Assembly: GCA_965205605.1 (NCBI GenBank)
Contig: CBDBHE010000007.1
Coordinates: 224,001-288,000 of the forward strand
Length of the DNA: 64,000 bases
From: Spirochaetota bacterium
GTDB lineage: Bacteria; Spirochaetota; UBA12135; COTS27; CBDBHE01
Direction: 5' to 3'
In this document: positions 10,396-21,030 of the stretch, in pieces
Layout of the letters: every line of letters starts with the position of its first letter
How positions within the stretch are numbered: the stretch's first letter is position 1
The notes under the pieces: generated by a model
What the model was told of the DNA's origin: nothing
Databases searched by the model: none
The model's input: the letters and a program-made list of their open reading frames with translations, nothing else
Position numbers and translations under genes: made by a program

Positions 10396-10399
<4 letters not shown>
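8907..10399 (-). CDS. Membrane-anchored SpoIIE/RsbU-type PP2C phosphatase with two apparent +1 frameshifts
   Basis: Catalytic domain in ORF 8907..10043 ([26 protein letters not shown]). The N-terminal TM and periplasmic part is in the frame of ORF 10018..10215, open back to about 10377. ATG 10399 overlaps the hemB stop codon. Confidence 0.75.
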
Positions 10400-11402
<1,003 letters not shown>

Positions 11403-11440
11403 CTAATTTTTTTAAATCAATTTCCCAAAAAGATAACAAC

Positions 11441-11492
11441 ATTGAATTAATTAATATTATAATTATAATTATAATATTAATTATAATTCAAT
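11441..11492. promoter_or_regulatory. Long AT-only palindrome between the divergent hemB and dcd genes
   Basis: 11448-11483 is a perfect 36-bp palindrome, extended by outer arms ATTGAAT/ATTCAAT. Confidence 0.55.
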
Positions 11493-11534
11493 AAAAGTTA
11501 ATTTATTATTAAAACATGCTTTTTTTTTTAAAAA

Positions 11535-12080
11535 ATGATTTTAGCCGATAAAACCTTAAGAAATCTTATTTTAACAAAAAAATTACTCATTAATCCCATT
11601 GATGAGCACTCCATTCAGCCCGCTTCGATTGATTGTCGACTAGGAATGAATTTTTTAATTGCTAATGACAAAAAAATGCAAGCCATTACCATGAGTTCAA
11701 AAATTATCTATGAAGAAGTCAAAGCAAAAGAAATCACCCTCCCCCCTCATTCATTTTTACTGGCAACGACAAAAGAATACATTAAGCTTCCCCATAATAT
11801 TACGGCATTTGTAGAAGGAAGAAGCTCGATTGGACGGATTGGTCTTTTTATTCAAAACGCAGGATGGGTGGATCCTGGATTTGAAGGGCGCATTACTTTA
11901 GAGCTATATAATGCTAACTCCTTACCAATTTGCTTACAAGCTGAAAGGCGCATTTGTCAACTTGTTTTTTGTCAAATGGATCAAGCCGCTGAAAACCCTT
12001 ATCGTGGAAAATATCAAAAACAAAAAACAACCGAAGGCAGTCTTATTTTTAAAGACAAAGAAATCCAAAAAAAAAATTAA
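11535..12080 (+). CDS. dcd: dCTP deaminase
   Basis: IQPASID.RL, EGRSSIGRIG, AGWVDPGFEGRITLEL, RICQLVF and YRGKYQ.Q. Confidence 0.95.
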   Translation: MILADKTLRNLILTKKLLINPIDEHSIQPASIDCRLGMNFLIANDKKMQAITMSSKIIYEEVKAKEITLPPHSFLLATTKEYIKLPHNITAFVEGRSSIGRIGLFIQNAGWVDPGFEGRITLELYNANSLPICLQAERRICQLVFCQMDQAAENPYRGKYQKQKTTEGSLIFKDKEIQKKN

Positions 12081-13099
12081 AAAGAAACGAGATCCTTTGC
12101 TTTAAGAATTGCAAGCGCAAGAGAGGTGGCCTTTGCCTGATACTTCCCTGCTATATCATAAGCTGTGCCATGATCGACAGAAGTCCTCACTATTGGTAAA
12201 CCCATTGTCACATGCACCGACTCTCCTTGAGCCAACATTTTAAAAGGAATTAGTCCCTGATCATGATAACAAGCCACCACCACATCATACCTTCCTCTTC
12301 TTACAAGCCCAAAAGCACTATCGGCACAAAGAGGCCCTTCAATTTCAAATCCTTTTTTTTGTAACAAACCAATTTCTTTTAAAAGCAATCTTTCTTCTTT
12401 CCCAAACAGCCCTTCTTCTCCTGCATGGGGATTAAATCCCATCACCCCAATGGGCTTGTTAGTCTTCAAAATCGTTTTGAGGTGAAGGGCATTTAGAAGG
12501 CTTGTTTTTATCTTTTTAGGCGTTAAGGCTTTGGGCAAATTTTTAATGGAAACATGGGTGGTGATTAAAATAAGATTAAAAAAAGAAGACAAAAAACACA
12601 TGGATACTTGTTTGGCTTTAAAGCCTTTTTCATAAAAAGCCGTTTGATCTTTAAAATTAGATTTAAATAAATAAATCGCTTTTTTATTTACAGGAGCTGT
12701 AATCACTCCATGGTAATTGTTTTTTTTCAAAAGATTCAAACTTGTTTCAAGAGATATCAAAGCAATTTTACCTCCTAAAAGAGACCTCTTTCCAAAATCC
12801 ACAAGTTGTGTTTCTAAAGGCAAAACACAAATCAAAAAAAAATATTTTTTTTGATTTGTAAGATGACGCAATATTAAAACTCCTTTTTCATCGATCCACT
12901 CAAAAGGAAGTTGCCATCTATCAATGAGACGATCAAAATGCACCTTAGACCCAATGACTGAAAGCGTAAAAAAATGATTTAACTGTTTTTGAAATTGATT
13001 GATGATCGGTTCTTTAGAAAATGTTTGATCGAGCAACTTAAGACAAATTTCATAACCAATACCAGCAGGATCTCCTGCGGTAAGAAGAAATTGTTTCAC
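12077..13099 (-). CDS. pdxA: 4-hydroxythreonine-4-phosphate dehydrogenase
   Basis: GDPAGIG.EI, TAPVNK, NPHAGE.G, YHDQGLIPFK and RTSVDHGTAYDIAG. Confidence 0.93.
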   Translation of the reverse strand: MKQFLLTAGDPAGIGYEICLKLLDQTFSKEPIINQFQKQLNHFFTLSVIGSKVHFDRLIDRWQLPFEWIDEKGVLILRHLTNQKKYFFLICVLPLETQLVDFGKRSLLGGKIALISLETSLNLLKKNNYHGVITAPVNKKAIYLFKSNFKDQTAFYEKGFKAKQVSMCFLSSFFNLILITTHVSIKNLPKALTPKKIKTSLLNALHLKTILKTNKPIGVMGFNPHAGEEGLFGKEERLLLKEIGLLQKKGFEIEGPLCADSAFGLVRRGRYDVVVACYHDQGLIPFKMLAQGESVHVTMGLPIVRTSVDHGTAYDIAGKYQAKATSLALAILKAKDLVSF

Positions 13100-13109
13100 A
13101 ACTTATCAG

Positions 13110-13529
13110 TTATTCTTTTTCATAAAAATCAAGGATTGATTTTTTTGTTGGAAGATTATTTTTTCTAGAAAGAAAACAATGCCCTTCGTATAAAACACCA
13201 TTTTGCATAATCAGCTCTGGGGCTTCAATATCTCCTAAAACTTTAGCGGTTGATAACAACAAAATAAGGATTTTTGCTTTGATTTTTCCAATCACAACCC
13301 CTTCAATAATAATACTATCAGCCACAATATCTGATCTTACTTTTCCAGTAAGTCCAATGGTCAAAAGATTGGCTTCGATGAGGTCGCCTTCATATTTACC
13401 ATCAATATGTAGGTTTCCTTTGGGTTTTAATTTTCCTTTAAAAAAACTATTTGTCCCAATAATGTTTTCACTTTCTTTCCCAAAAACTTGAGAAGAAACG
13501 ATTTTTTTTTTCCATTTTTTTTTTTCCAT
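13110..13529 (-). CDS. Bactofilin / polymer-forming cytoskeletal protein
   Basis: IIG..S.FKGKL...GNLHIDG.YEG...LTIG..G.V..DI.A..I.IEG.V.G beta-helix pattern. Confidence 0.9.
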   Translation of the reverse strand: MEKKKWKKKIVSSQVFGKESENIIGTNSFFKGKLKPKGNLHIDGKYEGDLIEANLLTIGLTGKVRSDIVADSIIIEGVVIGKIKAKILILLLSTAKVLGDIEAPELIMQNGVLYEGHCFLSRKNNLPTKKSILDFYEKE

Positions 13530-13642
13530 TTTTTTAAATAATCATCCTTAAAAAGCTCTAAAAGCTAGTTGGATTATAATATTAATGCCAACTATTTGCA
13601 CATTATCGTTTTAAACAATAGGAAATATCTAAGAGAAATAAG

Positions 13643-13694
13643 AAAAAAAAACCAGACCTCTAAAAAAAATCAAAGTTGTTTTTAGGGATCTGGT
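13643..13694 (-). terminator. Rho-independent terminator of the ALS / glutamate-synthase-family operon
   Basis: Stem ACCAGACCTCTAAAAA...TTTTTAGGGATCTGGT next to an A9 tract, which reads as a U-tract on the minus strand. Confidence 0.65.
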
Positions 13695-13717
13695 ATTAAA
13701 AAACTTAAGCGATTTTA

Positions 13718-15322
13718 TTAATGTAAAATAGAATCAAATGTATTGGCAGAAGAACCTTTCAAAACTCGAGCATACTTCTGGGGTATTTTTGATCCTAAGA
13801 AAGCACTTTCTTCAAGGTAAGGGAATAAATCTCCATAATTTCTTACTTCATTCAAACTAAGGCGTTTCATAATATGCCATCGCTTTAATCTTTCATGAGT
13901 GCTCAGACCCATAGCTCCTAAAAGCTCAGCAACAGAATGTAGCGTTTCTTCTTGAAAATTAGCCACACGTACTTTTTTAGAATTAACATGGATTCCTTTA
14001 TATAAGTTTGGATCTTGAGTTGCCACTCCTGTGGGACATGTGTCTGTATTACACTGCAAAGCTTGAATACACCCTAAAGAAACCATAAAGGCTCTTGCAG
14101 AATAACAAAGATCGGCTCCTAAAGATAAAAATCTGACAATATCAAAACCTGTTGTAATTTTTCCAGAAACAATGATCTTGATTTTATCTCTAAGTCCAAA
14201 TCCTATAAGAGCATTTTCTAAATCAATGAGCCCTTCTGTGATAGGAGTCCCAACAGAATTACTAAACTCCAAAGGAGCCGAGCCTGTCCCCCCTTCAGCT
14301 CCATCAATGGCAATGTAATCAGGGCTAATGCCTGTTTGTACCATCGCTTTACAAACCGAATAAATCTCTCTTCTTTTCCCAAAACAAACTTTAAATCCAA
14401 TTGGTTTTCCACCTGAAAGCTCTCTAAGTTTTTCGATAAATTTCATTAGCTCAACTGGATTAGAAAAAGAAGAGTGACTCGCAGGAGAATAAACCGTTTC
14501 ACCTGGTTTGACATTTCTAATCTTTGCAATTTCTTCGGTGACTTTAGCACCAGGTAAAATGCCTCCTTTTCCTGGTTTGGCACCTTGAGAAAGCTTAATT
14601 TCAATCATTTTTACTTGAGGGGCATGAGATTTTTCTTTAAAAAGACCTGGATCAAAATTCCCATCTTTATCTCGACACCCAAAATAAGCAGTCCCAATTT
14701 GCCAAATAAGATCCCCTTCATTTTTCAAGTGATAAGGACTAAGCCCTCCTTCTCCTGTATTATGAGCAAACTTTCCTATCTTAGCACCTCCATTAAGAGC
14801 CATAATCGCATTTCGACTTAAAGCACCAAAACTCATTGCTGAAATATTTAAAAGAGAAGCATTATATGGACGCATACATTGATCGCCACCTATCTTGACC
14901 CTTAAAGTACTTTGATCGACTTTCTTAGGCACTAATGAATGATTGACCCATTCGTAGCCGACTCGATTTACATCAAGACGAGTCCCAAAAGGCATCGTAT
15001 CTAAAACTTTTTTAGCTCTTTGATAAATAACACTTCTTTTTTCAAACGTTAATGGCGCTCCATCAGAGTTGCTTTCTACAAAATACTGATGAATCTCTGG
15101 TCTAATTTTAAGCAACAAATAACGCATATGCCCTACAACAGGAAAGTTTCTTAAAATTGTATGGTGTTTTTGAAAAATATCATGAAGCCCGATGATCGTA
15201 ATAGGAATGACCGGTAACAATAGTAACAAAAAATACGGTTCTTTCTTGAAAAAAGCAAGCCCAATACTTGTACAAAAAGCAGCTATATTAAATAAATGAA
15301 ACAATGTTTTAATTTTATGCAT
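13718..15322 (-). CDS. FMN-binding glutamate synthase family protein
   Basis: SAMSFGALS, HNTGEGG, EIKLSQGAKPGKGG, DGAEGGTG and GCIQALQCNTDTCPTGVATQD; N-terminal TM segment. Confidence 0.92.
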   Translation of the reverse strand: MHKIKTLFHLFNIAAFCTSIGLAFFKKEPYFLLLLLPVIPITIIGLHDIFQKHHTILRNFPVVGHMRYLLLKIRPEIHQYFVESNSDGAPLTFEKRSVIYQRAKKVLDTMPFGTRLDVNRVGYEWVNHSLVPKKVDQSTLRVKIGGDQCMRPYNASLLNISAMSFGALSRNAIMALNGGAKIGKFAHNTGEGGLSPYHLKNEGDLIWQIGTAYFGCRDKDGNFDPGLFKEKSHAPQVKMIEIKLSQGAKPGKGGILPGAKVTEEIAKIRNVKPGETVYSPASHSSFSNPVELMKFIEKLRELSGGKPIGFKVCFGKRREIYSVCKAMVQTGISPDYIAIDGAEGGTGSAPLEFSNSVGTPITEGLIDLENALIGFGLRDKIKIIVSGKITTGFDIVRFLSLGADLCYSARAFMVSLGCIQALQCNTDTCPTGVATQDPNLYKGIHVNSKKVRVANFQEETLHSVAELLGAMGLSTHERLKRWHIMKRLSLNEVRNYGDLFPYLEESAFLGSKIPQKYARVLKGSSANTFDSILH

Positions 15323-15358
15323 GATTTAAATCTCCTTATATCAATGAATAATTTTTTT

Positions 15359-16996
15359 TTAAATAATGTCTATTTTCGATTTCAATTCTTTAATAAGCAC
15401 TTTCTCATTTTCAGAATAATCAACTGGAAGCTCAATTAAATGAACTCCTTTACTATTTATGGCTTTTTGAAGGGTTTCCTTATACCCTTGTGTTGATTTG
15501 ATTCGATGGCCACTAGCCCCATAACTTTCAGCATACTTGACAAAGTCTGGATTTCCAAAATCAAGACCAAAGTTTTCAAAATCCATTCCTGCTTGCTTCC
15601 ATTTAATCATCCCATAAGCGTCATCTCGCAAAATCAGTACCACCAAATCTAGTTTAAGTCTAACAGCTGTTTCAATTTCTTGAGAGTTCATCATAAACCC
15701 TCCATCCCCACAAATAGCCATTACTTTTCGATCTGGGGACACGATCTTTGCTCCCATCGCCGAAGGTAGCCCCGCACCCATCGTTGCAAGAGCATTGTCT
15801 AAAAGGACTGTATTAGGGCCATAAGCCTTATAATTTCTAGAAAACCAAATCTTATAAACCCCATTATCTAAAGCAATAACCCCGTCATCTGGCATGATGT
15901 CTCTTGTGTCTTGAACAATTCGCTGAGGAATTAATGGAAACCTATCTTCTTTTGATTTTTCTTCTATATGAATTTCAACGGCTCCTTTGACTTTTTTAAA
16001 ATAATTCATTTCCCAATTAGCAGGTTTAACCCCTTCTTTAATTTGCCAAAGCCCATTGGCAATATCCCCTACAACTTCTAGTTGAGGAAAGTAAATTTCG
16101 TCCACTTTAGCAGAAAAATAATTGATATGAATCACTTCTTTCCCTCCTTTTTCCATAAAAAAAGGTGGTTTTTCGATGACATCATGACCGACATTTAAAA
16201 CAAGATCTGCTTTATCAATGGCACAATGAATATAATCTCCTGAAGAAAGAGATGCCGTTCCTAAACATAAAGGATGCCTTTCATCAATGACCCCCTTACC
16301 CATTTGAGTGTTAAAAAAATAAATTCCTGTTTTTTCAATGAGTTGTTTTAATACCTTAGAAACCATATAACGATTGGCTCCAGCTCCAATTAAAATCAAA
16401 GGATATTTGGCAAATTGAAGCATTTCAATCGCTTTTTTAATGGCTTTAGGTTCTGCAACAGGGCGTCTAGACTTGGTGGGTTTTATGAGTTCAGCGTCTG
16501 TTTTTTCAGCAGCAATATCTTCGGGCAACTCTAAATGAACCGCTCCTGGTCTTTCTTCTTGAGAAAGCCTAAAGGCTTCTCTTACCAAAGAAGGAATCGT
16601 ATTGCCATGGACAATTTGCTTGCTCCATTTGGTAATGGGCTTCATCATTTCAACAATGTCTACAATTTGAAATTGCCCTTGTTTACTTTTTTTTACAGGT
16701 TTTTGACCTGTGATCATTAAAATAGGCATCCCCCCTAATTGAGCGTAAGCTGCAGGAGTGACAAAGTTGGTCGCTCCAGGCCCTAAAGTCGATAAACAAA
16801 CACCCGCTTTCCCTGTCAACCTACCATAAGTCGCTGCCATAAAAGCAGCTCCTTGTTCATGACGCGTTAAAATAAGCTTGATTTTAGAATCTTTCATCGA
16901 ATCCAAAAAATCTAAATTTTCTTCCCCGGGGATTCCAAATAAATACTTTACCCCTTCATTTTCCAAAGCTTTTACAAACAAATCTGATGCCTTCAA
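15359..16996 (-). CDS. Acetolactate synthase large-subunit-like TPP-dependent enzyme
   Basis: FGIPGEEN, RHEQGAAFMA, TLGPGATN and GDGGFMMNSQE. GGAG RBS with a TTG start. Confidence 0.9.
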   Translation of the reverse strand: MKASDLFVKALENEGVKYLFGIPGEENLDFLDSMKDSKIKLILTRHEQGAAFMAATYGRLTGKAGVCLSTLGPGATNFVTPAAYAQLGGMPILMITGQKPVKKSKQGQFQIVDIVEMMKPITKWSKQIVHGNTIPSLVREAFRLSQEERPGAVHLELPEDIAAEKTDAELIKPTKSRRPVAEPKAIKKAIEMLQFAKYPLILIGAGANRYMVSKVLKQLIEKTGIYFFNTQMGKGVIDERHPLCLGTASLSSGDYIHCAIDKADLVLNVGHDVIEKPPFFMEKGGKEVIHINYFSAKVDEIYFPQLEVVGDIANGLWQIKEGVKPANWEMNYFKKVKGAVEIHIEEKSKEDRFPLIPQRIVQDTRDIMPDDGVIALDNGVYKIWFSRNYKAYGPNTVLLDNALATMGAGLPSAMGAKIVSPDRKVMAICGDGGFMMNSQEIETAVRLKLDLVVLILRDDAYGMIKWKQAGMDFENFGLDFGNPDFVKYAESYGASGHRIKSTQGYKETLQKAINSKGVHLIELPVDYSENEKVLIKELKSKIDII

Positions 16997-17107
16997 ACTA
17001 ATCTCCTTATTAAAATTATCTTTGATTTAAACCGTTAATCTTTCTCTAAGCGACTTATTAATTCAATACTCTAGAATATATATTAGATGTTATCAAAAAA
17101 ACAACAA

Positions 17108-17824
17108 CTATTTTTTAAATTTTTTTTTAGATTTTAAAATAAAAAAAGGAATTTTTAAGATCGCTTCTAAAATAATCATTTTACTCATTTTTGAAACTCC
17201 CTCACCTCTCTCATGAAACATAATCGGGATTTCTCCTACTTTAAAGCCTAATTTTTTAACTATATAGTTCATCTCCACTTGATAACAATACCCACTAGAT
17301 TTCATTACTTTAAAGTTAATGCTTTCTAAAACCTTCCTTTTATAACATTTAAATCCCCCCGTTAAATCCTTAATATCGATACGAGTAAAAAAACGGGCAT
17401 AAAAATTAGCAAAATAAGAAAGAAGGATTCGATAAATACCCCAATTACTCACACTAATCCCACTTACATATCGAGATCCAATCACCATATCAAAGTTTTT
17501 CATAGCTTCTAACATTTCTTTAATATACTTGCTATCATGAGAAAAATCCCCATCCATTTGCACAATATAATCGGTCTTTTTTTTAAAAGCTTGTGTAAAT
17601 CCATTTAAATACGCTCTCCCCAATCCTTTTTTTTTTTTTTGAAACACCAAATGTAAATGAAGATCTTTTTTCGAAAACTCTTTAACTAATTTCCAAGTCT
17701 CGTCTGGCGAATTATCATCAACAATAAAAATCTCCGCTTTAGGATAATCTTTTCTCAAATTCGGAATTAATTGTTTAAGATTTTCTCTCTCGTTATAAGT
17801 GGGAATGACAATTGAAAGAGTCAT
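17108..17824 (-). CDS. Polyprenol monophosphomannose synthase-like GT2 glycosyltransferase
   Basis: IVIPTYNERENL, VDDNSPD, GLGRAY..GF, QMDGDFSH, GSRYV, DLTGGFKC and SKMS. Confidence 0.9.
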   Translation of the reverse strand: MTLSIVIPTYNERENLKQLIPNLRKDYPKAEIFIVDDNSPDETWKLVKEFSKKDLHLHLVFQKKKKGLGRAYLNGFTQAFKKKTDYIVQMDGDFSHDSKYIKEMLEAMKNFDMVIGSRYVSGISVSNWGIYRILLSYFANFYARFFTRIDIKDLTGGFKCYKRKVLESINFKVMKSSGYCYQVEMNYIVKKLGFKVGEIPIMFHERGEGVSKMSKMIILEAILKIPFFILKSKKKFKK

Positions 17825-18031
17825 TTTTTTTTTTTCAAAATGAAACCAATACTAGTTTTTTTTAATTAAAATTTACTTTATGATAACTTTTAAATGAGGA
17901 AATCACAACAGTGGTTTATCAAAAAAAAAATTAGAAAAAAAACGTTTTTTTTATATTTTTCCAATTAATAAAAAACATTCATGATTTTTTTATTTATTTA
18001 TGATTAACTTAAAAAACAATTTTTTTTAACC

Positions 18032-18562
18032 ATGATCGATCCTTTTTTAATCCCCAAGACAACGACTTGCAAGTCATTTAAACCCACAAAAGATCAATTT
18101 ATTGCAAGAGGAACCATTGTCATAGGTGACATTCGGCTAGACGAACAAGTCTCTATTTGGTATCAAGCTGTTTTAAGAGCCGATATTAATTATATCAAAA
18201 TCCAAAAAAGAAGTAACATTCAAGATGGTTGCGTGATTCACGTCACCAATAATCACCCTTGTATTATTGAAAATGACGTCACCGTCGCTCATCACGCCAC
18301 CCTTCACGGGTGTCACATCAAACAAGGAACCTTAATTGGGATTGGAGCCATTGTCTTAACAGGAGCTAGTATCGGAAAAGGTTCTATTATTGCAGCTGGC
18401 TGTGTTATTAAAGAAAACCAAGTCATTCCTCCCTTTTCTTTAGTCGTAGGGGTTCCTGGTAAAATTATCAAAACTTTAGACGAAAAAGCATATCAAGAAA
18501 ATTGTCATTGGGCAAAAAAATATGTTCAATTAGCTAAAATACATCAAAAAGCTCAAAATTAA
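18032..18562 (+). CDS. Gamma-carbonic anhydrase family hexapeptide protein (YrdA/PaaY-like)
   Basis: W..AVLRAD, SNIQDGCVIH, HHATLHGC and GVPGK. Confidence 0.9.
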   Translation: MIDPFLIPKTTTCKSFKPTKDQFIARGTIVIGDIRLDEQVSIWYQAVLRADINYIKIQKRSNIQDGCVIHVTNNHPCIIENDVTVAHHATLHGCHIKQGTLIGIGAIVLTGASIGKGSIIAAGCVIKENQVIPPFSLVVGVPGKIIKTLDEKAYQENCHWAKKYVQLAKIHQKAQN

Positions 18563-18628
18563 ATCATTGCTAATAAATAAACAAACTTTAAAAACAGGCT
18601 TCACACCTTCATCAAAAAGATCATATAA

Positions 18629-18656
18629 TAAAGTACTTAAAGTACTTAAAGTACTT
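18629..18656. repeat. 3x TAAAGTACT tandem repeat upstream of accD
   Basis: Read directly from the sequence. Confidence 0.8.
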
Positions 18657-18704
18657 TTTTTTTTAAAAAAAAAATTAATCAATCATCATTAAAGAGAGTC
18701 TTCA

Positions 18705-19556
18705 ATGGATAGCTGGTTTAATAAGCCTAAATACAAGAATGTAAAGATTAAAATGGAAACAGATTTCATTTCTCAAGAGACCTGGGTAAAATGCCAAGAG
18801 TGTGATTTGCAAATTTTTCACAAAGAAATTGAAAATAATCTTTATATGTGTAAAAAATGTGGTTATCATTTTCGTATCAATGCTAAACAACGCATCAAAC
18901 TTTTAATTGACCCCCATACTTTCAAAGAGTATTTTGCCAATATCACCACTATCAATCCTCTTAATTTTACCGATTCTAAAGAAAACTACCGTGATAAAAT
19001 CAAACAAAATATCAAAAAAAATAAGATGAGTGAATGCGTGATTGTCGGGACGGGAGATATTAATAAACAAAAAATTGTTTTAGCGGCAATGGATTTTAAT
19101 TTTATGGGAGGAAGTATGGGGTCTGCTGTAGGGGAGAAAATTTATCAAGCCACTCAGCTTTCTCTTAAAAAAAAGATTCCACTTGTGATTGTTTCAAGCT
19201 CCGGGGGAGCAAGAATGCAAGAAGGAATTTTATCGCTAATGCAAATGGGAAAAACCTGTGCTGGACTCGAACAAATGGAACAAGAAAATCTTCCTTTTAT
19301 TTCAATTTTAACCGATCCAACAATGGGAGGAGTCATGGCTTCTTTTGCCTCTTTAGGAGACATTATCATCGCCGAGCCTAAAGCGATTATCGGTTTTGCT
19401 GGCCCTCGTGTCATCGAACAAACCATTAAACAAAAATTACCTGTAGGATTTCAACGATCCGAGTTTTTACTCGAACACGGCTTTATTGATTGCATCGTCG
19501 CTCGAAACAATCTAAAAGAAACTCTTACTGATTTCCTTATCTTTTTTAAACATTAA
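18705..19556 (+). CDS. accD: Acetyl-CoA carboxylase carboxyltransferase beta subunit
   Basis: WVKC..C...C..C zinc ribbon, FMGGSMGSAVGEKI, SGGARMQEG, FAGPRVIEQTI and FQRSEFLLEHG. Confidence 0.97.
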   Translation: MDSWFNKPKYKNVKIKMETDFISQETWVKCQECDLQIFHKEIENNLYMCKKCGYHFRINAKQRIKLLIDPHTFKEYFANITTINPLNFTDSKENYRDKIKQNIKKNKMSECVIVGTGDINKQKIVLAAMDFNFMGGSMGSAVGEKIYQATQLSLKKKIPLVIVSSSGGARMQEGILSLMQMGKTCAGLEQMEQENLPFISILTDPTMGGVMASFASLGDIIIAEPKAIIGFAGPRVIEQTIKQKLPVGFQRSEFLLEHGFIDCIVARNNLKETLTDFLIFFKH

Positions 19557-19583
19557 TATCAATTCTTTTATCGACTTTTTTTT

Positions 19584-20528
19584 ATGTTTCGAATCTTTAA
19601 TCAATTCATTAGTTTTTTTACTTATTCCCTTAAAAAAAAGCATCTTTTTATCATGACCCCAAAAGGGAAAAAAAAAACCATTTTTTTTGAAATTTCTAAT
19701 TTAAAAATCTTAATTTTTCTATCTGCTTTTATCATTGTTATTTTCTTAATCATCCCTCATTTAGCTCAAAAATCTCAACTAAAACTAGAGATCAAACAAA
19801 CTCAGATTATTCAAGATAGCTATAAGCAAAAAATTAATAAATATAAAAAATTGATTTCTAAAAACCAATCTCAATTTGAAAAATATTCCAAAGAAGTCAA
19901 CAATATTCTCAATATCTTTGGGGACTTGGGAGAAAATAAAACTCAAACTAAACAAAAAAAAAAATATTTAGAAAGATTTTATGGAGAATACGAACTGGCA
20001 GAAAAATTTGAAACTCCCAAAGAAATTCTTGATTTAAATCAAATTCGTTTTAAAACCATTAAAGCCTTAAAAGATCTTAAAAATATTGATGATTTTATCA
20101 AAATTAGAAAAATTGTGATCAAACATATTCCCACCAAGTGGCCCATTATTGAAAATAAAGGCTATAAAACTTCTTCTTTTGGGGTCCGTAATTCTCCTTT
20201 TTTAGGGAAAGGAGCTTTTCACACAGGCGTTGATATCGCTGCCAAACCCAATACTCCCATTGTTTCATCTGCTGATGGGGTCATTGTTTTTGCTGGGATT
20301 AAAACAGGGTATGGGTTTACCGTCATCATTCAACACAAGTTTGGCTATAAAACTCTTTATGGTCATAATGCAAAACTTTTCGTACGACTTAATCAAAAAG
20401 TACGCAAAGGACAAAAAATCGCTCTTCTTGGCAACACAGGTAGGACGACCGGTTATCACCTTCATTTTGAAGTGAGGATTAATGATGTTCCCGTTGATCC
20501 TTGGCCTTACCTGACCGTGGAAATCTAA
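19584..20528 (+). CDS. M23 family peptidoglycan endopeptidase (TM + coiled coil + LytM domain)
   Basis: HTGVD, YGH and TTGYHLHFEV. Confidence 0.9.
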   Translation: MFRIFNQFISFFTYSLKKKHLFIMTPKGKKKTIFFEISNLKILIFLSAFIIVIFLIIPHLAQKSQLKLEIKQTQIIQDSYKQKINKYKKLISKNQSQFEKYSKEVNNILNIFGDLGENKTQTKQKKKYLERFYGEYELAEKFETPKEILDLNQIRFKTIKALKDLKNIDDFIKIRKIVIKHIPTKWPIIENKGYKTSSFGVRNSPFLGKGAFHTGVDIAAKPNTPIVSSADGVIVFAGIKTGYGFTVIIQHKFGYKTLYGHNAKLFVRLNQKVRKGQKIALLGNTGRTTGYHLHFEVRINDVPVDPWPYLTVEI

Positions 20529-20533
20529 AAACA

Positions 20534-21022
20534 ATGTCTGTTAAAAAAATTCAAAATCAAAGCACTAAAAGCAAAAAATCAAAACCATTTCAAAAAAAAA
20601 AAACTTCCAACTCCTCTCCTTCAAACCAAACCTTTAAAGCTCATTCTACTAACCTCTTCGCTGAAAAACTCGAAATTAAAAAAGAACAAGTCAAACAACA
20701 ATTTATTGAACAAACCATCAAAACCATTGAAACCATCGGTAATAGGCTCTCCCATTACCCAACCACTGAGGATTATCAAAAGTATAAAGAAACCATTACC
20801 CTTTTCTTTCAAAAACTCATTCCAAGTGCTTATGCAATTTCTAAAAGTAGAAGCATGGTTAACCCTCAAACAATGAGACGAAAAGAATTTATTTTAATTA
20901 AAGAAGTCAATGAAGAGCTCGCCAGTCTTTTAAAAATGATTCATCAAAAACAAGCTTCTAATTTAAATATTTTAAGCAAAACCACTACCATTAAAGGGCT
21001 TCTCATTAATCTTTTAAAGTAA
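20534..21022 (+). CDS. YaaR / DUF327 family protein
   Basis: G.RL...PT..DY..YK..I..F and C-terminal IKGLLINL. The ATG at 20534 is the likely start. Confidence 0.75.
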   Translation: MSVKKIQNQSTKSKKSKPFQKKKTSNSSPSNQTFKAHSTNLFAEKLEIKKEQVKQQFIEQTIKTIETIGNRLSHYPTTEDYQKYKETITLFFQKLIPSAYAISKSRSMVNPQTMRRKEFILIKEVNEELASLLKMIHQKQASNLNILSKTTTIKGLLINLLK

Positions 21023-21030
21023 TTATCACC

